A stretch of DNA of 64,000 nt from Pseudomonas aeruginosa PAO1 (lineage in GTDB: Bacteria > Pseudomonadota > Gammaproteobacteria > Pseudomonadales > Pseudomonadaceae): NCBI RefSeq assembly GCF_000006765.1, contig NC_002516.2; one strand, given 5' to 3'. This document shows positions 9,907 through 20,059 of the stretch, piece by piece. Within the stretch, counting starts at the first letter, position 1, and the number at the start of each line of letters is the position of its first letter. The notes below the pieces were generated by a model. That model saw only the letters and a list, made by a program, of their open reading frames with translations, searched no databases and was not told the origin of the DNA. Made by a program: the position numbers and the translations under genes.

Positions 9907-10662
9907 ATGCAGAAACAGCGGGTGGCCGACCAGGTCGCAGAGCGTATCGAGCGGTTGATCGTCGACGGCGTGCTCAAGGTCGGCCAGGCACTGCCGTCCG
10001 AGCGGCGCCTGGTGGCCAAGCTCGGCTGCTCGCGCTCGGCCCTGCGCGAGGGCCTGCGGGCGCTGCGCGGGCGCGGCATCATCGACACCGAGCATGGCCG
10101 TGGGTCGTTCGTCGCCGACCTCGACCGCAACGCCGACGTCAGCCCGCTGATGCACCTGTTCGGCTCCCAGCCGCGCACCCTCTACGACCTGCTCGAAGTC
10201 CGCGCCCTGCTGGAGGGCGAGGCGGCCCGCCTGGCAGCGCTACGCGGCACCGAGGCAGACTTCGTCCTGCTCGCCCGGCGCTACGAAGAGATGCTCGCCA
10301 GCCACGAGGAAACCCAGCCGATCGATCCCCGCGAGCACGCCCGCCGCGACCACGCGTTCCACCGGGCGATCAGCGAGGCATCGCACAATCCGGTGCTGGT
10401 GCATACCCTGCAATCGCTCAACGAACTGCTGCTGAGCACGGTGTTCGCCTCAGTGAACAACCTCTACCACCGACCGCCGCAGAAACGCCAGATCGACCGC
10501 CAGCACGCGCGCCTCTACGCGGCCCTCCGCGAGCGCCAGCCGGACCAGGCGCAACGGGCGGCGCGCGAACATATCCACAGCATCCGCGACAACCTGCGGG
10601 AGATCGAGCAGGAAGAACAGCGCCTGGTCCGCGCCACCCTGCGCCTGAACGGCTGGGGCTGA
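9907..10662 (+). CDS. glcC: GntR/FadR-family regulator of the glycolate operon
   Basis: GntR HTH (LPSERRL...CSRSALREGL) plus FCD domain; divergent from glcD. Confidence 0.92.
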   Translation: MQKQRVADQVAERIERLIVDGVLKVGQALPSERRLVAKLGCSRSALREGLRALRGRGIIDTEHGRGSFVADLDRNADVSPLMHLFGSQPRTLYDLLEVRALLEGEAARLAALRGTEADFVLLARRYEEMLASHEETQPIDPREHARRDHAFHRAISEASHNPVLVHTLQSLNELLLSTVFASVNNLYHRPPQKRQIDRQHARLYAALRERQPDQAQRAAREHIHSIRDNLREIEQEEQRLVRATLRLNGWG

Positions 10663-10741
10663 CGCGCCACCGCGTCGCAGACCGGCCGCCGGCCGAACGT
10701 GCTACCCTCGCCGCCTTCTGCCGCCGTCTCGTAGTCCCGTC

Positions 10742-11278
10742 ATGCCCAGCAATGCGCTCTGGCTTCGCGCCGACCAACTGTCCAGCGTCTCCCCCGCCGT
10801 CCTCGACTGGCTGTTCGACGAGGGGTCGCTGACCCGGCGCCTGACCGCCCTGGCCGACGGCGCGTTCCGCGTCGAACCCCTGCTGGAAGGCTGGCAGACC
10901 CTGCGCGACGACGAATGCCAGGGGCTCGACGTCCCTACCGGCAGTAGCGGCTGGGTCCGCGAGGTCTACCTGCATGGCCACGACCGTCCCTGGGTGTTCG
11001 CCCGCAGCGTGGCGGCGCGCAGCGCCCTGGAAGGCTCGGGCTTCGACCTGGCGCTGCTCGGCACCCGCTCGCTGGGCGAGTTGCTGTTCAGCGACAGCGC
11101 CTTCGAGCGCGGGCCCATCGAAGTCTGCCGCTATCCGGCGGCCGGTCTGCCCGCCGAGGTCCGCGCCGAGGGTCTCTGGGGCCGTCGCTCACGGTTTTCC
11201 CGCGGCGCGCTCGGGGTGCTGGTGGCGGAGGTGTACCTACCGCGCCTGTGGGACCAGGCGGGAATCGCCGACGTATAA
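10742..11278 (+). CDS. ubiC: Chorismate pyruvate-lyase
   Basis: [26 protein letters not shown] and [11 protein letters not shown] motifs; upstream of ubiA. Confidence 0.92.
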   Translation: MPSNALWLRADQLSSVSPAVLDWLFDEGSLTRRLTALADGAFRVEPLLEGWQTLRDDECQGLDVPTGSSGWVREVYLHGHDRPWVFARSVAARSALEGSGFDLALLGTRSLGELLFSDSAFERGPIEVCRYPAAGLPAEVRAEGLWGRRSRFSRGALGVLVAEVYLPRLWDQAGIADV

Positions 11279-11304
11279 TCCCCCGGTCGACTCCGGAGGT
11301 CCCC

Positions 11305-12195
11305 ATGTTCGTCACCCTGATCAAGCCGCTGGCCCGCCTGCACCCCCGCGCCTGGGACTTCGTCCAACTGGTGCGGCTGGACCGGCCGATCGGCATCTAC
11401 CTGCTGCTCTGGCCGACCCTCTGGTCGCTGTGGATCGCCGCGGACGGCGTGCCGGAACTGAAGAACCTGCTGATCTTCGTCCTCGGCGTCATCCTGATGC
11501 GCGCCGCCGGCTGCGTGATCAACGATTTCGCCGACCGCAATTTCGACGGCCATGTCGCACGCACCAAGGCGCGCCCGCTGGCCACCGGCAAGATCAGCGT
11601 GCGCGAGGCCTGGATCACCTTCGCCGTCCTGGTCGCGCTGAGCTTCGGCCTGGTCCTGCTGACCAATGCAACGACCGTCTGGCTGTCGTTCGGCGCGGTA
11701 GCCGTGGCCTCGCTCTACCCCTTCATGAAGCGCTACACCTACTATCCGCAGGTGGTGCTGGGCGCCGCCTATTCCTGGGGCATCCTGATGGCCTTCACCG
11801 CCGAGCGCGGCGAATTGCCGGCCAGCGCCTGGCTGCTGTTCCTGGCCAACGTGCTGTGGACGGTCGCCTATGACTCCTACTACGCGATGACCGACCGCGA
11901 GGACGACCTGAAGATCGGCATCAAGTCCACCGCAATCCTCTTCGGCGATGCCGACCGCCTGATCATCGGCAGCCTGCAGGGCCTGACCCTGCTCCTGCTA
12001 GTGCTGGCCGGCAACCGCTTCGAACTGGGCCTGTGCTTCTACCTCGGCCTGGCGGTGGCGGCGGCCTGCTTCGTCTGGGAAGCCTGGTCGACCCGCGACC
12101 GCGACCCGCAGGCCTGCTTCCGCGCCTTCCTGCACAACCACTGGGCTGGCCTGGCGATCTTCCTCGGCACGGTCGCCGACTACGCGCTGCGTTGA
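11305..12195 (+). CDS. ubiA: 4-hydroxybenzoate octaprenyltransferase
   Basis: [26 protein letters not shown] and YAMTDREDD motifs. GGAGG SD before ATG 11305. Confidence 0.95.
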   Translation: MFVTLIKPLARLHPRAWDFVQLVRLDRPIGIYLLLWPTLWSLWIAADGVPELKNLLIFVLGVILMRAAGCVINDFADRNFDGHVARTKARPLATGKISVREAWITFAVLVALSFGLVLLTNATTVWLSFGAVAVASLYPFMKRYTYYPQVVLGAAYSWGILMAFTAERGELPASAWLLFLANVLWTVAYDSYYAMTDREDDLKIGIKSTAILFGDADRLIIGSLQGLTLLLLVLAGNRFELGLCFYLGLAVAAACFVWEAWSTRDRDPQACFRAFLHNHWAGLAIFLGTVADYALR

Positions 12196-12218
12196 GCGGC
12201 GCGCAGGCCGGCGGCCGT

Positions 12219-12602
12219 CTAGTCCATGTCCGGCTGGGCGACGTGCCAGGCGCCCATCTTGCCGTCACCGTTCTTGTCGCCAGGCTTCTTGTCCTGGATG
12301 AAGGTATAAAGGGGCTTGCCGTAGTAGGCCCACTGCTGGGTGCCGTCCTCGCGAGCGACCAGGCTCCAGTCGCCGCTGGCCTGCGCTCCCTGGGCCGCTG
12401 CCAGCGGCGGCCAGTTCTTCGCACACTGCCCGGAACAGGCGGATTGCCCTTCGCTGTCCTTGTCGTAGGTATAGAGCGTCATGCCCTTGCCATCGACCAG
12501 CACGCCGTCCTTCTCGGTGGCCGGCGCCACCGTTTCCTGGGCCAGCGCGGCGAACGCCGGCAGGGCCAGCGCCAGACCCAGCGCCAGGTGGATTCTGTTC
12601 AT
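12219..12602 (-). CDS. Secreted protein with two internal repeats (COG4315-like)
   Basis: Signal peptide MNRIHLALGLALALPAFAALA. Repeats GKGMTLYTYDKD and YYGKPLYTFIQD, plus a CSGQCAKNWPPL motif. Confidence 0.75.
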   Translation of the reverse strand: MNRIHLALGLALALPAFAALAQETVAPATEKDGVLVDGKGMTLYTYDKDSEGQSACSGQCAKNWPPLAAAQGAQASGDWSLVAREDGTQQWAYYGKPLYTFIQDKKPGDKNGDGKMGAWHVAQPDMD

Positions 12603-12711
12603 CGCGTCTCTCTCCTGTGTCTTCAGGTGGAGCGTTCGCCGCCCGCAGGGACGGCACCGGAACCTGTTGAGCATAGCTCCGCCGCGGGCAGTCGGCGGAA
12701 ACTACGCCGTT

Positions 12712-12745
12712 GTGTCACATACCTGACACAATTTCGTTATCTAAT
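12712..12745 (+). promoter_or_regulatory. Pho box and -10 of the phoBR promoter
   Basis: GTGTCACATAC/CTGACAC (11-bp period), then exactly 10 bp, then TCTAAT at 12740-12745. Confidence 0.75.
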
Positions 12746-12778
12746 GCGGCGCAAGACAGATCGACCCGAGGCAAGACC

Positions 12779-13468
12779 ATGGTTGGCAAGACAATCCTCA
12801 TCGTTGATGACGAAGCACCGATTCGCGAGATGATCGCCGTGGCCCTGGAGATGGCCGGCTACGAGTGCCTGGAGGCGGAAAATACCCAGCAGGCGCACGC
12901 GGTGATCGTCGACCGCAAGCCGGACCTGATCCTGCTCGACTGGATGCTCCCCGGCACTTCCGGCATCGAACTGGCGCGACGCCTGAAGCGTGACGAACTG
13001 ACCGTCGACATCCCGATCATCATGCTCACCGCCAAGGGCGAGGAGGACAACAAGATCCAGGGCCTGGAGGTCGGCGCCGACGACTACATCACCAAGCCGT
13101 TCTCGCCCCGCGAGCTGGTCGCCCGCCTGAAGGCCGTGCTGCGCCGCACCGGGCCTGGCGACAGCGAGGCGCCGATCGAGGTCGGCGGCCTGCTGCTGGA
13201 CCCGATCAGCCACCGCGTGACCATCGACGGCAAGCCGGCCGAGATGGGCCCCACCGAGTACCGCCTGCTGCAGTTCTTCATGACTCACCAGGAACGCGCC
13301 TATACCCGCGGCCAACTGCTGGACCAGGTCTGGGGCGGCAACGTCTATGTCGAGGAGCGCACCGTCGACGTGCATATCCGCCGCCTGCGCAAGGCGCTCG
13401 GCGAGGTCTACGAAAATCTGGTTCAGACTGTCCGCGGGACCGGCTATCGTTTCTCCACCAAGAGCTGA
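12779..13468 (+). CDS. phoB: Phosphate regulon response regulator PhoB
   Basis: Receiver domain ([15 protein letters not shown]) plus winged-helix domain ([22 protein letters not shown]). Confidence 0.97.
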   Translation: MVGKTILIVDDEAPIREMIAVALEMAGYECLEAENTQQAHAVIVDRKPDLILLDWMLPGTSGIELARRLKRDELTVDIPIIMLTAKGEEDNKIQGLEVGADDYITKPFSPRELVARLKAVLRRTGPGDSEAPIEVGGLLLDPISHRVTIDGKPAEMGPTEYRLLQFFMTHQERAYTRGQLLDQVWGGNVYVEERTVDVHIRRLRKALGEVYENLVQTVRGTGYRFSTKS

Positions 13469-13541
13469 CCCCGCTCCCGGCCGCCCAGCGGCCGGAGTCG
13501 TTTCCCCTGGACGGTCCCGTGACGGACCGCCACTGGACAGG

Positions 13542-14873
13542 ATGCAATCCGTCGTGAACCAAGACTGGCGTGGAGCGCTGATCCGCCACCTGCTTCTCGT
13601 GCTGGCTGCCAGCCTCGTGCTCGGCGTGGTCAGCGGCCATTACGGCTGGGCCCTGGCCCTCGGCCTGGCTCTCTACCTCGGCTGGACCCTCTGGCAGCTA
13701 CTGCGCCTGCACCAGTGGCTGCGCAACCACCAGCCAGACGAGCCACCGCCGGACAGCTACGGCCTCTGGGGCGAAGTCTTCGACAATATCTACCACCTGC
13801 AACGCCGCAACCAGCGCGCCCGTGGCCGCCTGCAGGCGGTGATCGACCGGATCCAGGAGTCCACCGCGGCCCTGCGTGACGCGGTGATCATGCTCGACAG
13901 CGACGGCAACCTGGAATGGTGGAACCTCGCCGCGGAAAACCTGCTCGGCCTGAAGACCCCGCAGGACGGTGGCCAGCCGGTGAGCAACCTGATCCGCCAT
14001 CCGCGCTTCAAGGAATACTTCGACCAGGAGGATTACCGCGAGCCGCTGGAAATCCCCTCGCCGATCAACGAGCGCCTGCGCCTGCAATTCCACATCACCC
14101 TCTACGGCAACCGCGAGCACCTGATGCTGGTCCGCGACGTCACCCGCGTCCACCAGCTGGAGCAGATGCGCAAGGATTTCGTGGCCAACGTCTCCCACGA
14201 GCTGCGCACGCCGCTGACGGTGATCGCCGGCTACCTGGAGACCCTCCTCGACAACGTCGAGGATGTGAACCCGCGCTGGCTGCGCGCCCTGCAGCAGATG
14301 CAGCAGCAGGCCGGACGCATGCAGAACCTGCTCAACGACCTGCTCCTGCTGGCCAAGCTGGAGGCCACCGACTACCCCGGCGACAACAAGCCGGTGGCGG
14401 TGGACGCTCTCCTCGCCAGCATCCGTAACGACGCCCAGGCCCTGTCCGCCGGGCGCAACCACCGCATCAGCCTGGACGCCGCCCCCGCTGTGCAGCTCAA
14501 GGGCAGCGAGGCGGAACTGCGCAGCGCCTTCTCCAACCTGGTATTCAACGCGGTGAAGTACACCCCCGACGAAGGCGAGATCCGCATCCGCTGGTGGGCC
14601 GACGAACAGGGCGCGCACCTGTCGGTGCAGGACACCGGTATCGGCGTCGACCCCAAGCACCTGCCGCGCCTGACCGAGCGCTTCTACCGGGTGGACTCCA
14701 GCCGCGCCTCCAACACCGGCGGCACCGGCCTCGGCCTGGCCATCGTCAAGCACGTGCTGATCCGCCACCGCGCGCGCCTGGAAATCAGCAGCGTGCCCGG
14801 CAAGGGCAGCACCTTCACCTGCCATTTCGCCCCGGCGCAGGTCGCCGAGGCCGAGCGCAAGGCGCCGAAGTGA
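13542..14873 (+). CDS. phoR: Phosphate regulon sensor kinase PhoR
   Basis: H-box FVANVSHELRTPLT, N-box NLVFNAVKY, and ERFYRVDSSR...GGTGLGLAIVKH. Confidence 0.97.
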   Translation: MQSVVNQDWRGALIRHLLLVLAASLVLGVVSGHYGWALALGLALYLGWTLWQLLRLHQWLRNHQPDEPPPDSYGLWGEVFDNIYHLQRRNQRARGRLQAVIDRIQESTAALRDAVIMLDSDGNLEWWNLAAENLLGLKTPQDGGQPVSNLIRHPRFKEYFDQEDYREPLEIPSPINERLRLQFHITLYGNREHLMLVRDVTRVHQLEQMRKDFVANVSHELRTPLTVIAGYLETLLDNVEDVNPRWLRALQQMQQQAGRMQNLLNDLLLLAKLEATDYPGDNKPVAVDALLASIRNDAQALSAGRNHRISLDAAPAVQLKGSEAELRSAFSNLVFNAVKYTPDEGEIRIRWWADEQGAHLSVQDTGIGVDPKHLPRLTERFYRVDSSRASNTGGTGLGLAIVKHVLIRHRARLEISSVPGKGSTFTCHFAPAQVAEAERKAPK

Positions 14874-14975
14874 ACCTCGTCGCAGTGCCGCGCCACCGGC
14901 GTCGGCACGGCCAAGGCTTGCAAGCGACGACACAGCCCCTCATTCTTAAGGGCCTTTTGGCTACCGCACACCCCC

Positions 14976-16316
14976 ATGGACCCTTCTCCTAGTACCAGCA
15001 TCGCCACCTATTTCGCCGATGCCGGCCTGATCCTCTTCGCGCTTTTCCTCGTCCTGCTCAATGGCTTCTTCGTCGCCGCCGAGTTCGCCATGGTCAAGCT
15101 CCGCGCCACCCGCGTGGAAACCATCGCCAAGCAGCACGGCTGGCGCGGCACCATCCTGCGCAAGGTTCACAACCAGCTGGACGCCTACCTGTCCGCCTGC
15201 CAGCTGGGCATCACCCTGGCCTCCCTGGGCCTGGGCTGGGTCGGCGAGCCGGCCTTCGCCGAACTCCTGGAACCGCTGCTGGCGATGATCGGCGTGCATT
15301 CCGACGAACTGATCCGCGGGATCTCCTTCTTCACCGCGTTCTTCATCATTTCCTACCTGCACATCGTGGTCGGCGAGCTGGCGCCCAAGTCCTGGGCGAT
15401 CCGCAAACCGGAACTGCTGTCGCTGTGGACGGCGGTGCCGCTGTACCTTTTCTACTGGCTGATGTACCCGGCGATCTGGCTGCTCAACGCCAGCGCCAAC
15501 GCCATCCTCAAGATCGCCGGCCAGGGCGAGCCCGGCCCGCACCACGAGCATCACTACAGCCGCGACGAACTGAAGCTGATCCTCCACTCCAGCCGCGCCC
15601 AGGACCCCAGCGACCAGGGCATGCGCGTGCTGGCCTCGGCGGTGGAGCTGGGCGAGCTGGAGGTGGTCGACTGGGCCAACTCCCGCGAAGACCTGGTCTA
15701 CCTCGAGCACGACGCGCCGCTGGCGGACATCCTCGCGGTGATCCGCCGCCATAAGTACAGCCGCTACCCGGTCTGGGACAGCCACAAGGGCGAGTTCATC
15801 GGCCTGCTGCACATCAAGGACCTGCTGCTGGCGCTGTCCGCCCTGGACAGCCTGCCGGAGACCTTCGACCTCGACGAACTGGTGCGCCCGCTGGAGATCG
15901 TCACCAAGCACACCCCGCTGTCGCGCCTGCTGGAGCAGTTCCGCAAGGGCGGCGCGCACTTCGCCGTGGTGGAAGAGGCCGATCACAAGGTGGTCGGCTT
16001 CCTGACCATGGAGGACGTGCTGGAAGTGCTGGTCGGCGACATCCAGGACGAACACCGCAAGACCGAGCGCGGCATCCTCGCCTACCAGCCGGGCAAGCTG
16101 CTGGTGCGCGGCGACACACCGCTGTTCAAGCTCGAGCGCCTGCTCGGCATCGACCTCGATCATGTCGAGGCGGACACTCTCGCCGGGCTGGTCTACGACA
16201 CCCTGAAGCGGGTGCCGGAGGAAGAGGAAGTCCTCGACACCGAGGGCCTGCGGATCATCGTGAAGAAGATGCGCGGTCCGAAGATCGTCCTGGCCAAGGT
16301 GGTCAAGCTCGACTGA
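14976..16316 (+). CDS. CNNM/DUF21-CBS-CorC (hemolysin-family) membrane protein
   Basis: NGFFVAAEFA, QLGITLASLGLG and GELAPKS motifs, a CBS pair and a C-terminal CorC-like domain. Confidence 0.88.
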   Translation: MDPSPSTSIATYFADAGLILFALFLVLLNGFFVAAEFAMVKLRATRVETIAKQHGWRGTILRKVHNQLDAYLSACQLGITLASLGLGWVGEPAFAELLEPLLAMIGVHSDELIRGISFFTAFFIISYLHIVVGELAPKSWAIRKPELLSLWTAVPLYLFYWLMYPAIWLLNASANAILKIAGQGEPGPHHEHHYSRDELKLILHSSRAQDPSDQGMRVLASAVELGELEVVDWANSREDLVYLEHDAPLADILAVIRRHKYSRYPVWDSHKGEFIGLLHIKDLLLALSALDSLPETFDLDELVRPLEIVTKHTPLSRLLEQFRKGGAHFAVVEEADHKVVGFLTMEDVLEVLVGDIQDEHRKTERGILAYQPGKLLVRGDTPLFKLERLLGIDLDHVEADTLAGLVYDTLKRVPEEEEVLDTEGLRIIVKKMRGPKIVLAKVVKLD

Positions 16317-16350
16317 GACGAGCCGGCGCCACCACGGCGCCGGCGACTTT

Positions 16351-17250
16351 TCAAGGCTCGCGGACGATGGCGAAGTTCGGCAGGCTGTCGACCGGCTGGG
16401 CGAAGTCGTAGGGAATCGACTCCAGCGCCAGGCCGACGTTGCGCTGGATCACGAAGTGCAGGTGCGGCCCGCTGCTGTTGCCGGTGTTGCCGGAGCGCGC
16501 CAGCGGCGTGCCGACCTGGACCCGCTGGCCCTCGGCGACCAGTACCGAATGGCGCATCAGGTGCAGGTAGACGCCCATGGTGCCGTCGTCGTGCAGGATG
16601 CGGACGAAGTTGCCCGAGGGATTGTTACCGCGCCCGCTCTGGTTGTTCTCGATCTTCACCACGGTGCCGCCGCGGGCGGCGATGATCGGCGTGCCCTCGG
16701 GCATGGCGATGTCCATCGCGTAGCGGCCCTTGGGGGTGAAGTGGCTGTACTTGCCATTGGCGCCCTGGGACAGGCGGAACGGCCCGCCGCGCCAGGGCAG
16801 CGGATAGCGATAGAGCAGTGGCTGCTGGCGCGGGTCGCCGAGCGCGTAACGCAGCTTCGGGGTGTAGCTCATCGGCTTGCCGGCCTTGCGCGGCGCCAGG
16901 GTCGCCAGGCGCACCTGGCTGCGCGCCGGGACCACCCAGCGAATCGGCCCGTCGGGCACCCCAACGGCATTGCGCGGGTTGCGGATCCGCAACTCGACCT
17001 CGACCGGCGCGTAGAGGTCGTTGCGCACCTGCAGGGTCTCGCCACCCGCGTGCTTCTTCGTCTCCAGCTTCACTTCCCGCTCCAGGTGCTCGACCATCCG
17101 GTCGCGGAAGACGAACACCTGCGCCCCGGCCACGGCGCGGTCGGAGTAGGTCACCACGCCATTGGCGTCGGTGTACTTGTAGATGGTCAGGGCCGCAGCC
17201 GGAGCTGCCGCGGCGAACAGGCCACAGAGAAGGAGAAGGCGCCCTAGCAT
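16351..17250 (-). CDS. DUF4124-domain/M23 family metallopeptidase
   Basis: Signal peptide; IYKYTDANGVVTYSD (DUF4124-like); HxxxxxxxxD and HLH zinc motifs (SHF...AMDIAM, YLHL, GPHLHF). Confidence 0.85.
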   Translation of the reverse strand: MLGRLLLLCGLFAAAAPAAALTIYKYTDANGVVTYSDRAVAGAQVFVFRDRMVEHLEREVKLETKKHAGGETLQVRNDLYAPVEVELRIRNPRNAVGVPDGPIRWVVPARSQVRLATLAPRKAGKPMSYTPKLRYALGDPRQQPLLYRYPLPWRGGPFRLSQGANGKYSHFTPKGRYAMDIAMPEGTPIIAARGGTVVKIENNQSGRGNNPSGNFVRILHDDGTMGVYLHLMRHSVLVAEGQRVQVGTPLARSGNTGNSSGPHLHFVIQRNVGLALESIPYDFAQPVDSLPNFAIVREP

Positions 17251-17365
17251 GACTGCACGGATCGTGTCGTTCTGGTTATCCCGAATCGGCAAGACTAGCA
17301 GCGCTTTATTGCCAGGGCGAGACGACAGCGAGCGGGCTGTGAACGGATCGTCGGGAAAAAACCGC

Positions 17366-18268
17366 TCAGGCGCCGGGAACGTAGTGCTTCTGGGTACTTC
17401 CGCGGGCGATCAGGCGCGACAGGTAGTCGAGCTTCTGCGGGTCGCGGTCGACGAAACGCAGGGTCAACAGCAGCCAATCGCTATCCGGCTTCGGCTCCAG
17501 CGCGGCGATGGCGTGCAGGTAGCCGTTCAGGCGCGCCACGTCGCTGTTTTCCTCGAGGTCCAGCACCGCGCTTTCCAGCACCTGCGGCAACGGGTCGGCG
17601 CGCTTCACCACCAGTTGCGCTTCCTTCAGACTGACCGCCTTGATCACGCAGGGCATGCTGCTCTGCGGCAGGCGCAATTGCGCCTGCCCCAGCGGGTTGC
17701 CGCTGCCGGCGGGACGCGCGCTGGCCTGGGGAGCCGAAGCCGGCTTCGGCGCGGGGGCCGGTTTTGCCGGACTGGCGGCAGGCTTGATCACCTCGGCGCG
17801 ACCACCGGTCAGGGCGGCCAGCGAATCGTTGGCCATGCCGCTGGCGATCTCCCGGCGCGGCGCGTGGGCCGCCAGGGCTTCCAGCTTGCCGCTGCGGCTC
17901 AGGGCCTTCTTGATCTTGGCCACCAGTTGGTCATTGGAGAATGGCTTGCCGATGTAGTCCGACACCCCGGCCTGGATCGCCTGGACCACGTTCTCCTTGT
18001 CGCCGCGACTGGTGACCATGATGAACGGGGTAGTCTTGAGGTTTTCCTGGGCACGGCACCAGGTCAGCAGTTCGAGGCCGGACATCTCCGGCATCTCCCA
18101 ATCGCAGAGGATCAGGTCGACGTTCTGCCGACTGAGCAGTTGCTGGGCCTTGCGGCCGTTCACGGCCTCCTCGATATGAAGGCCGGGGAAGTTGTCGCGC
18201 AACCCTTTCTTCATCAGATCTCGGATGAAGGGGGCGTCATCCACCACTAGCGCGCTGACTTTGCTCAT
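17366..18268 (-). CDS. Orphan response regulator: receiver, Pro/Ala linker, C-terminal beta domain
   Basis: ALVVDDAP, ILCDWEMP and YIGKPF motifs; GGAG SD before ATG 18268. Confidence 0.88.
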   Translation of the reverse strand: MSKVSALVVDDAPFIRDLMKKGLRDNFPGLHIEEAVNGRKAQQLLSRQNVDLILCDWEMPEMSGLELLTWCRAQENLKTTPFIMVTSRGDKENVVQAIQAGVSDYIGKPFSNDQLVAKIKKALSRSGKLEALAAHAPRREIASGMANDSLAALTGGRAEVIKPAASPAKPAPAPKPASAPQASARPAGSGNPLGQAQLRLPQSSMPCVIKAVSLKEAQLVVKRADPLPQVLESAVLDLEENSDVARLNGYLHAIAALEPKPDSDWLLLTLRFVDRDPQKLDYLSRLIARGSTQKHYVPGA

Positions 18269-18342
18269 CGACTTCTCCTGGACAGGTCCGCCTAGGATAG
18301 CCTCCCCTGCTGGCAGGATGCCAAGCCTTGCTGCAGTCGCGC

Positions 18343-18375
18343 GAAGAAACAAGGCTCCAGGTCAAGGGAGCCTTG
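18343..18375 (-). terminator. Rho-independent terminator after phoU
   Basis: Minus strand reads CAAGGCTCC-N8-GGAGCCTTG followed by TTTCTT. Confidence 0.65.
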
Positions 18376-18386
18376 CCTGCGGAAGA

Positions 18387-19115
18387 TCACTCGCCGCGGT
18401 TGTTCTCGACCTCTTCCTTCATGCGGGTCAGGCCGATGTGGCGAACGTCGGTGCCGCGAACCAGGTAGATCACCAGCTCGGCGATGTTGCGCGCATGGTC
18501 GCCGATGCGCTCCAGCGAGCGCAGGGCCCAGATGATGTTGAGCACGCGGGATATCGCCCGCGGGTCTTCCATCATGTAGGTGACCAGTTCGCGCAGGGCG
18601 GTCTTGTACTCGCGATCGACGGTCTTGTCGTACTGCGCCACGGACAGCGCCAGGTCGGCATCGAAGCGGGCGAAGGCATCCAGTGCCTCCTGCACCATCT
18701 TCTGTACCTGGCTGCCGATGTGCCGAACCTCGACGTAGCCGCGCGGCGACTCGCCTTCCTCGCACAGCTGGATGGCGCGGCGGGCGACCTTGGAGGCCTC
18801 GTCGCCGATCCGCTCGAGGTCGATCACCGACTTCGAGATGCTGATGATCAGGCGCAGGTCGGAGGCCGCCGGCTGGCGCCGGGCGAGGATACGCACGCAC
18901 TCCTCGTCGATGTTGCGCTCCATCTGGTTGATCTGGTCGTCGATCTCGCGGACCTGCTGCGCGAGGCCGGAGTCGGCGTCGATCAGCGCGTTGACCGCGT
19001 CGTTGACCTGCTTTTCCACCAGCCCGCCCATGGCCAGGAGGTGGCTGCGCACATCCTCCAGCTCGGCGTTGAACTGCTGGGAGATGTGATGGGTGAGACT
19101 GTCTTTGTTGATCAT
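18387..19115 (-). CDS. phoU: Phosphate signalling protein PhoU
   Basis: Two PhoU repeats (QPAASDLR...DLERIGDEA; LERIGDHARNIAE). Confidence 0.97.
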   Translation of the reverse strand: MINKDSLTHHISQQFNAELEDVRSHLLAMGGLVEKQVNDAVNALIDADSGLAQQVREIDDQINQMERNIDEECVRILARRQPAASDLRLIISISKSVIDLERIGDEASKVARRAIQLCEEGESPRGYVEVRHIGSQVQKMVQEALDAFARFDADLALSVAQYDKTVDREYKTALRELVTYMMEDPRAISRVLNIIWALRSLERIGDHARNIAELVIYLVRGTDVRHIGLTRMKEEVENNRGE

Positions 19116-19210
19116 GTGGGGAATCCTTCTGGAGCCGCTGCGACCGGTGACATCAACGAGCTACGGAGAGCGCCGGAGGCAGCGGTATCGCCGCGCCTCC
19201 GGACGCGCCG

Positions 19211-20044
19211 CTAGCCGTAGCGGCCGGTGATGTAGTCTTCGGTCTGCTTCTTCGCCGGGTTGGTGAACAGCGTATCGGTGTCGCCGAACTCGATCAGCTT
19301 GCCCATGTACATGAACGCCGTATAGTCGGAAACCCGCGCGGCCTGCTGCATGTTGTGGGTAACGATGACGATGGTGAACTTCGACTTCAACTCGTAGATC
19401 AGCTCTTCGATCTTCAGCGTGGAGATCGGGTCCAGCGCCGAGCACGGCTCGTCGAGCAGCAGCACTTCCGGTTCCACCGCGATGGTCCGGGCGATCACCA
19501 GGCGCTGCTGCTGGCCGCCGGACAGGCCGAGGGCGGACTCGTGCAGGCGATCCTTCACCTCCTCCCACAGCGCAGCCCCCTTCAGCGCCCACTCGACGGC
19601 CTCGTCAAGTACGCGCTTCTTGTTGATGCCCTGGATACGCAGGCCGTAGACCACGTTCTCGTAGATGCTCTTGGGGAACGGGTTGGGCTTCTGGAACACC
19701 ATGCCGACGCGACGGCGCAGCTCGGCGACGTCGACGCCCTTGGCGAAGATGTTGTGGCCATCGAGGCGAATCTCGCCTTCGACGCGGCAGCCATCCACCA
19801 GGTCGTTCATCCGGTTGAAGCAGCGCAGCAAGGTCGACTTGCCGCAGCCGGACGGGCCGATGAAGGCGGTCACGCGCTGCTTCGGAATGTTCATCCGGAC
19901 GTCGAAAAGGGCCTGCTTGGCGCCGTAGAACAGGTTCAGCCCGGGCACTTCCAGTTCGACACTTTCGGAAGCCAGGTCGAGGCTCTGGCGGTCGCGGCCG
20001 AGCGCATCGAAGTTGATGCCGTGGCTGGCGGTCTCGTTTTGCAT
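19211..20044 (-). CDS. pstB: Phosphate ABC transporter ATPase
   Basis: Walker [28 protein letters not shown] and VTHNMQQA. Confidence 0.97.
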   Translation of the reverse strand: MQNETASHGINFDALGRDRQSLDLASESVELEVPGLNLFYGAKQALFDVRMNIPKQRVTAFIGPSGCGKSTLLRCFNRMNDLVDGCRVEGEIRLDGHNIFAKGVDVAELRRRVGMVFQKPNPFPKSIYENVVYGLRIQGINKKRVLDEAVEWALKGAALWEEVKDRLHESALGLSGGQQQRLVIARTIAVEPEVLLLDEPCSALDPISTLKIEELIYELKSKFTIVIVTHNMQQAARVSDYTAFMYMGKLIEFGDTDTLFTNPAKKQTEDYITGRYG

Positions 20045-20059
20045 GGGAAGCTCCCTCAA

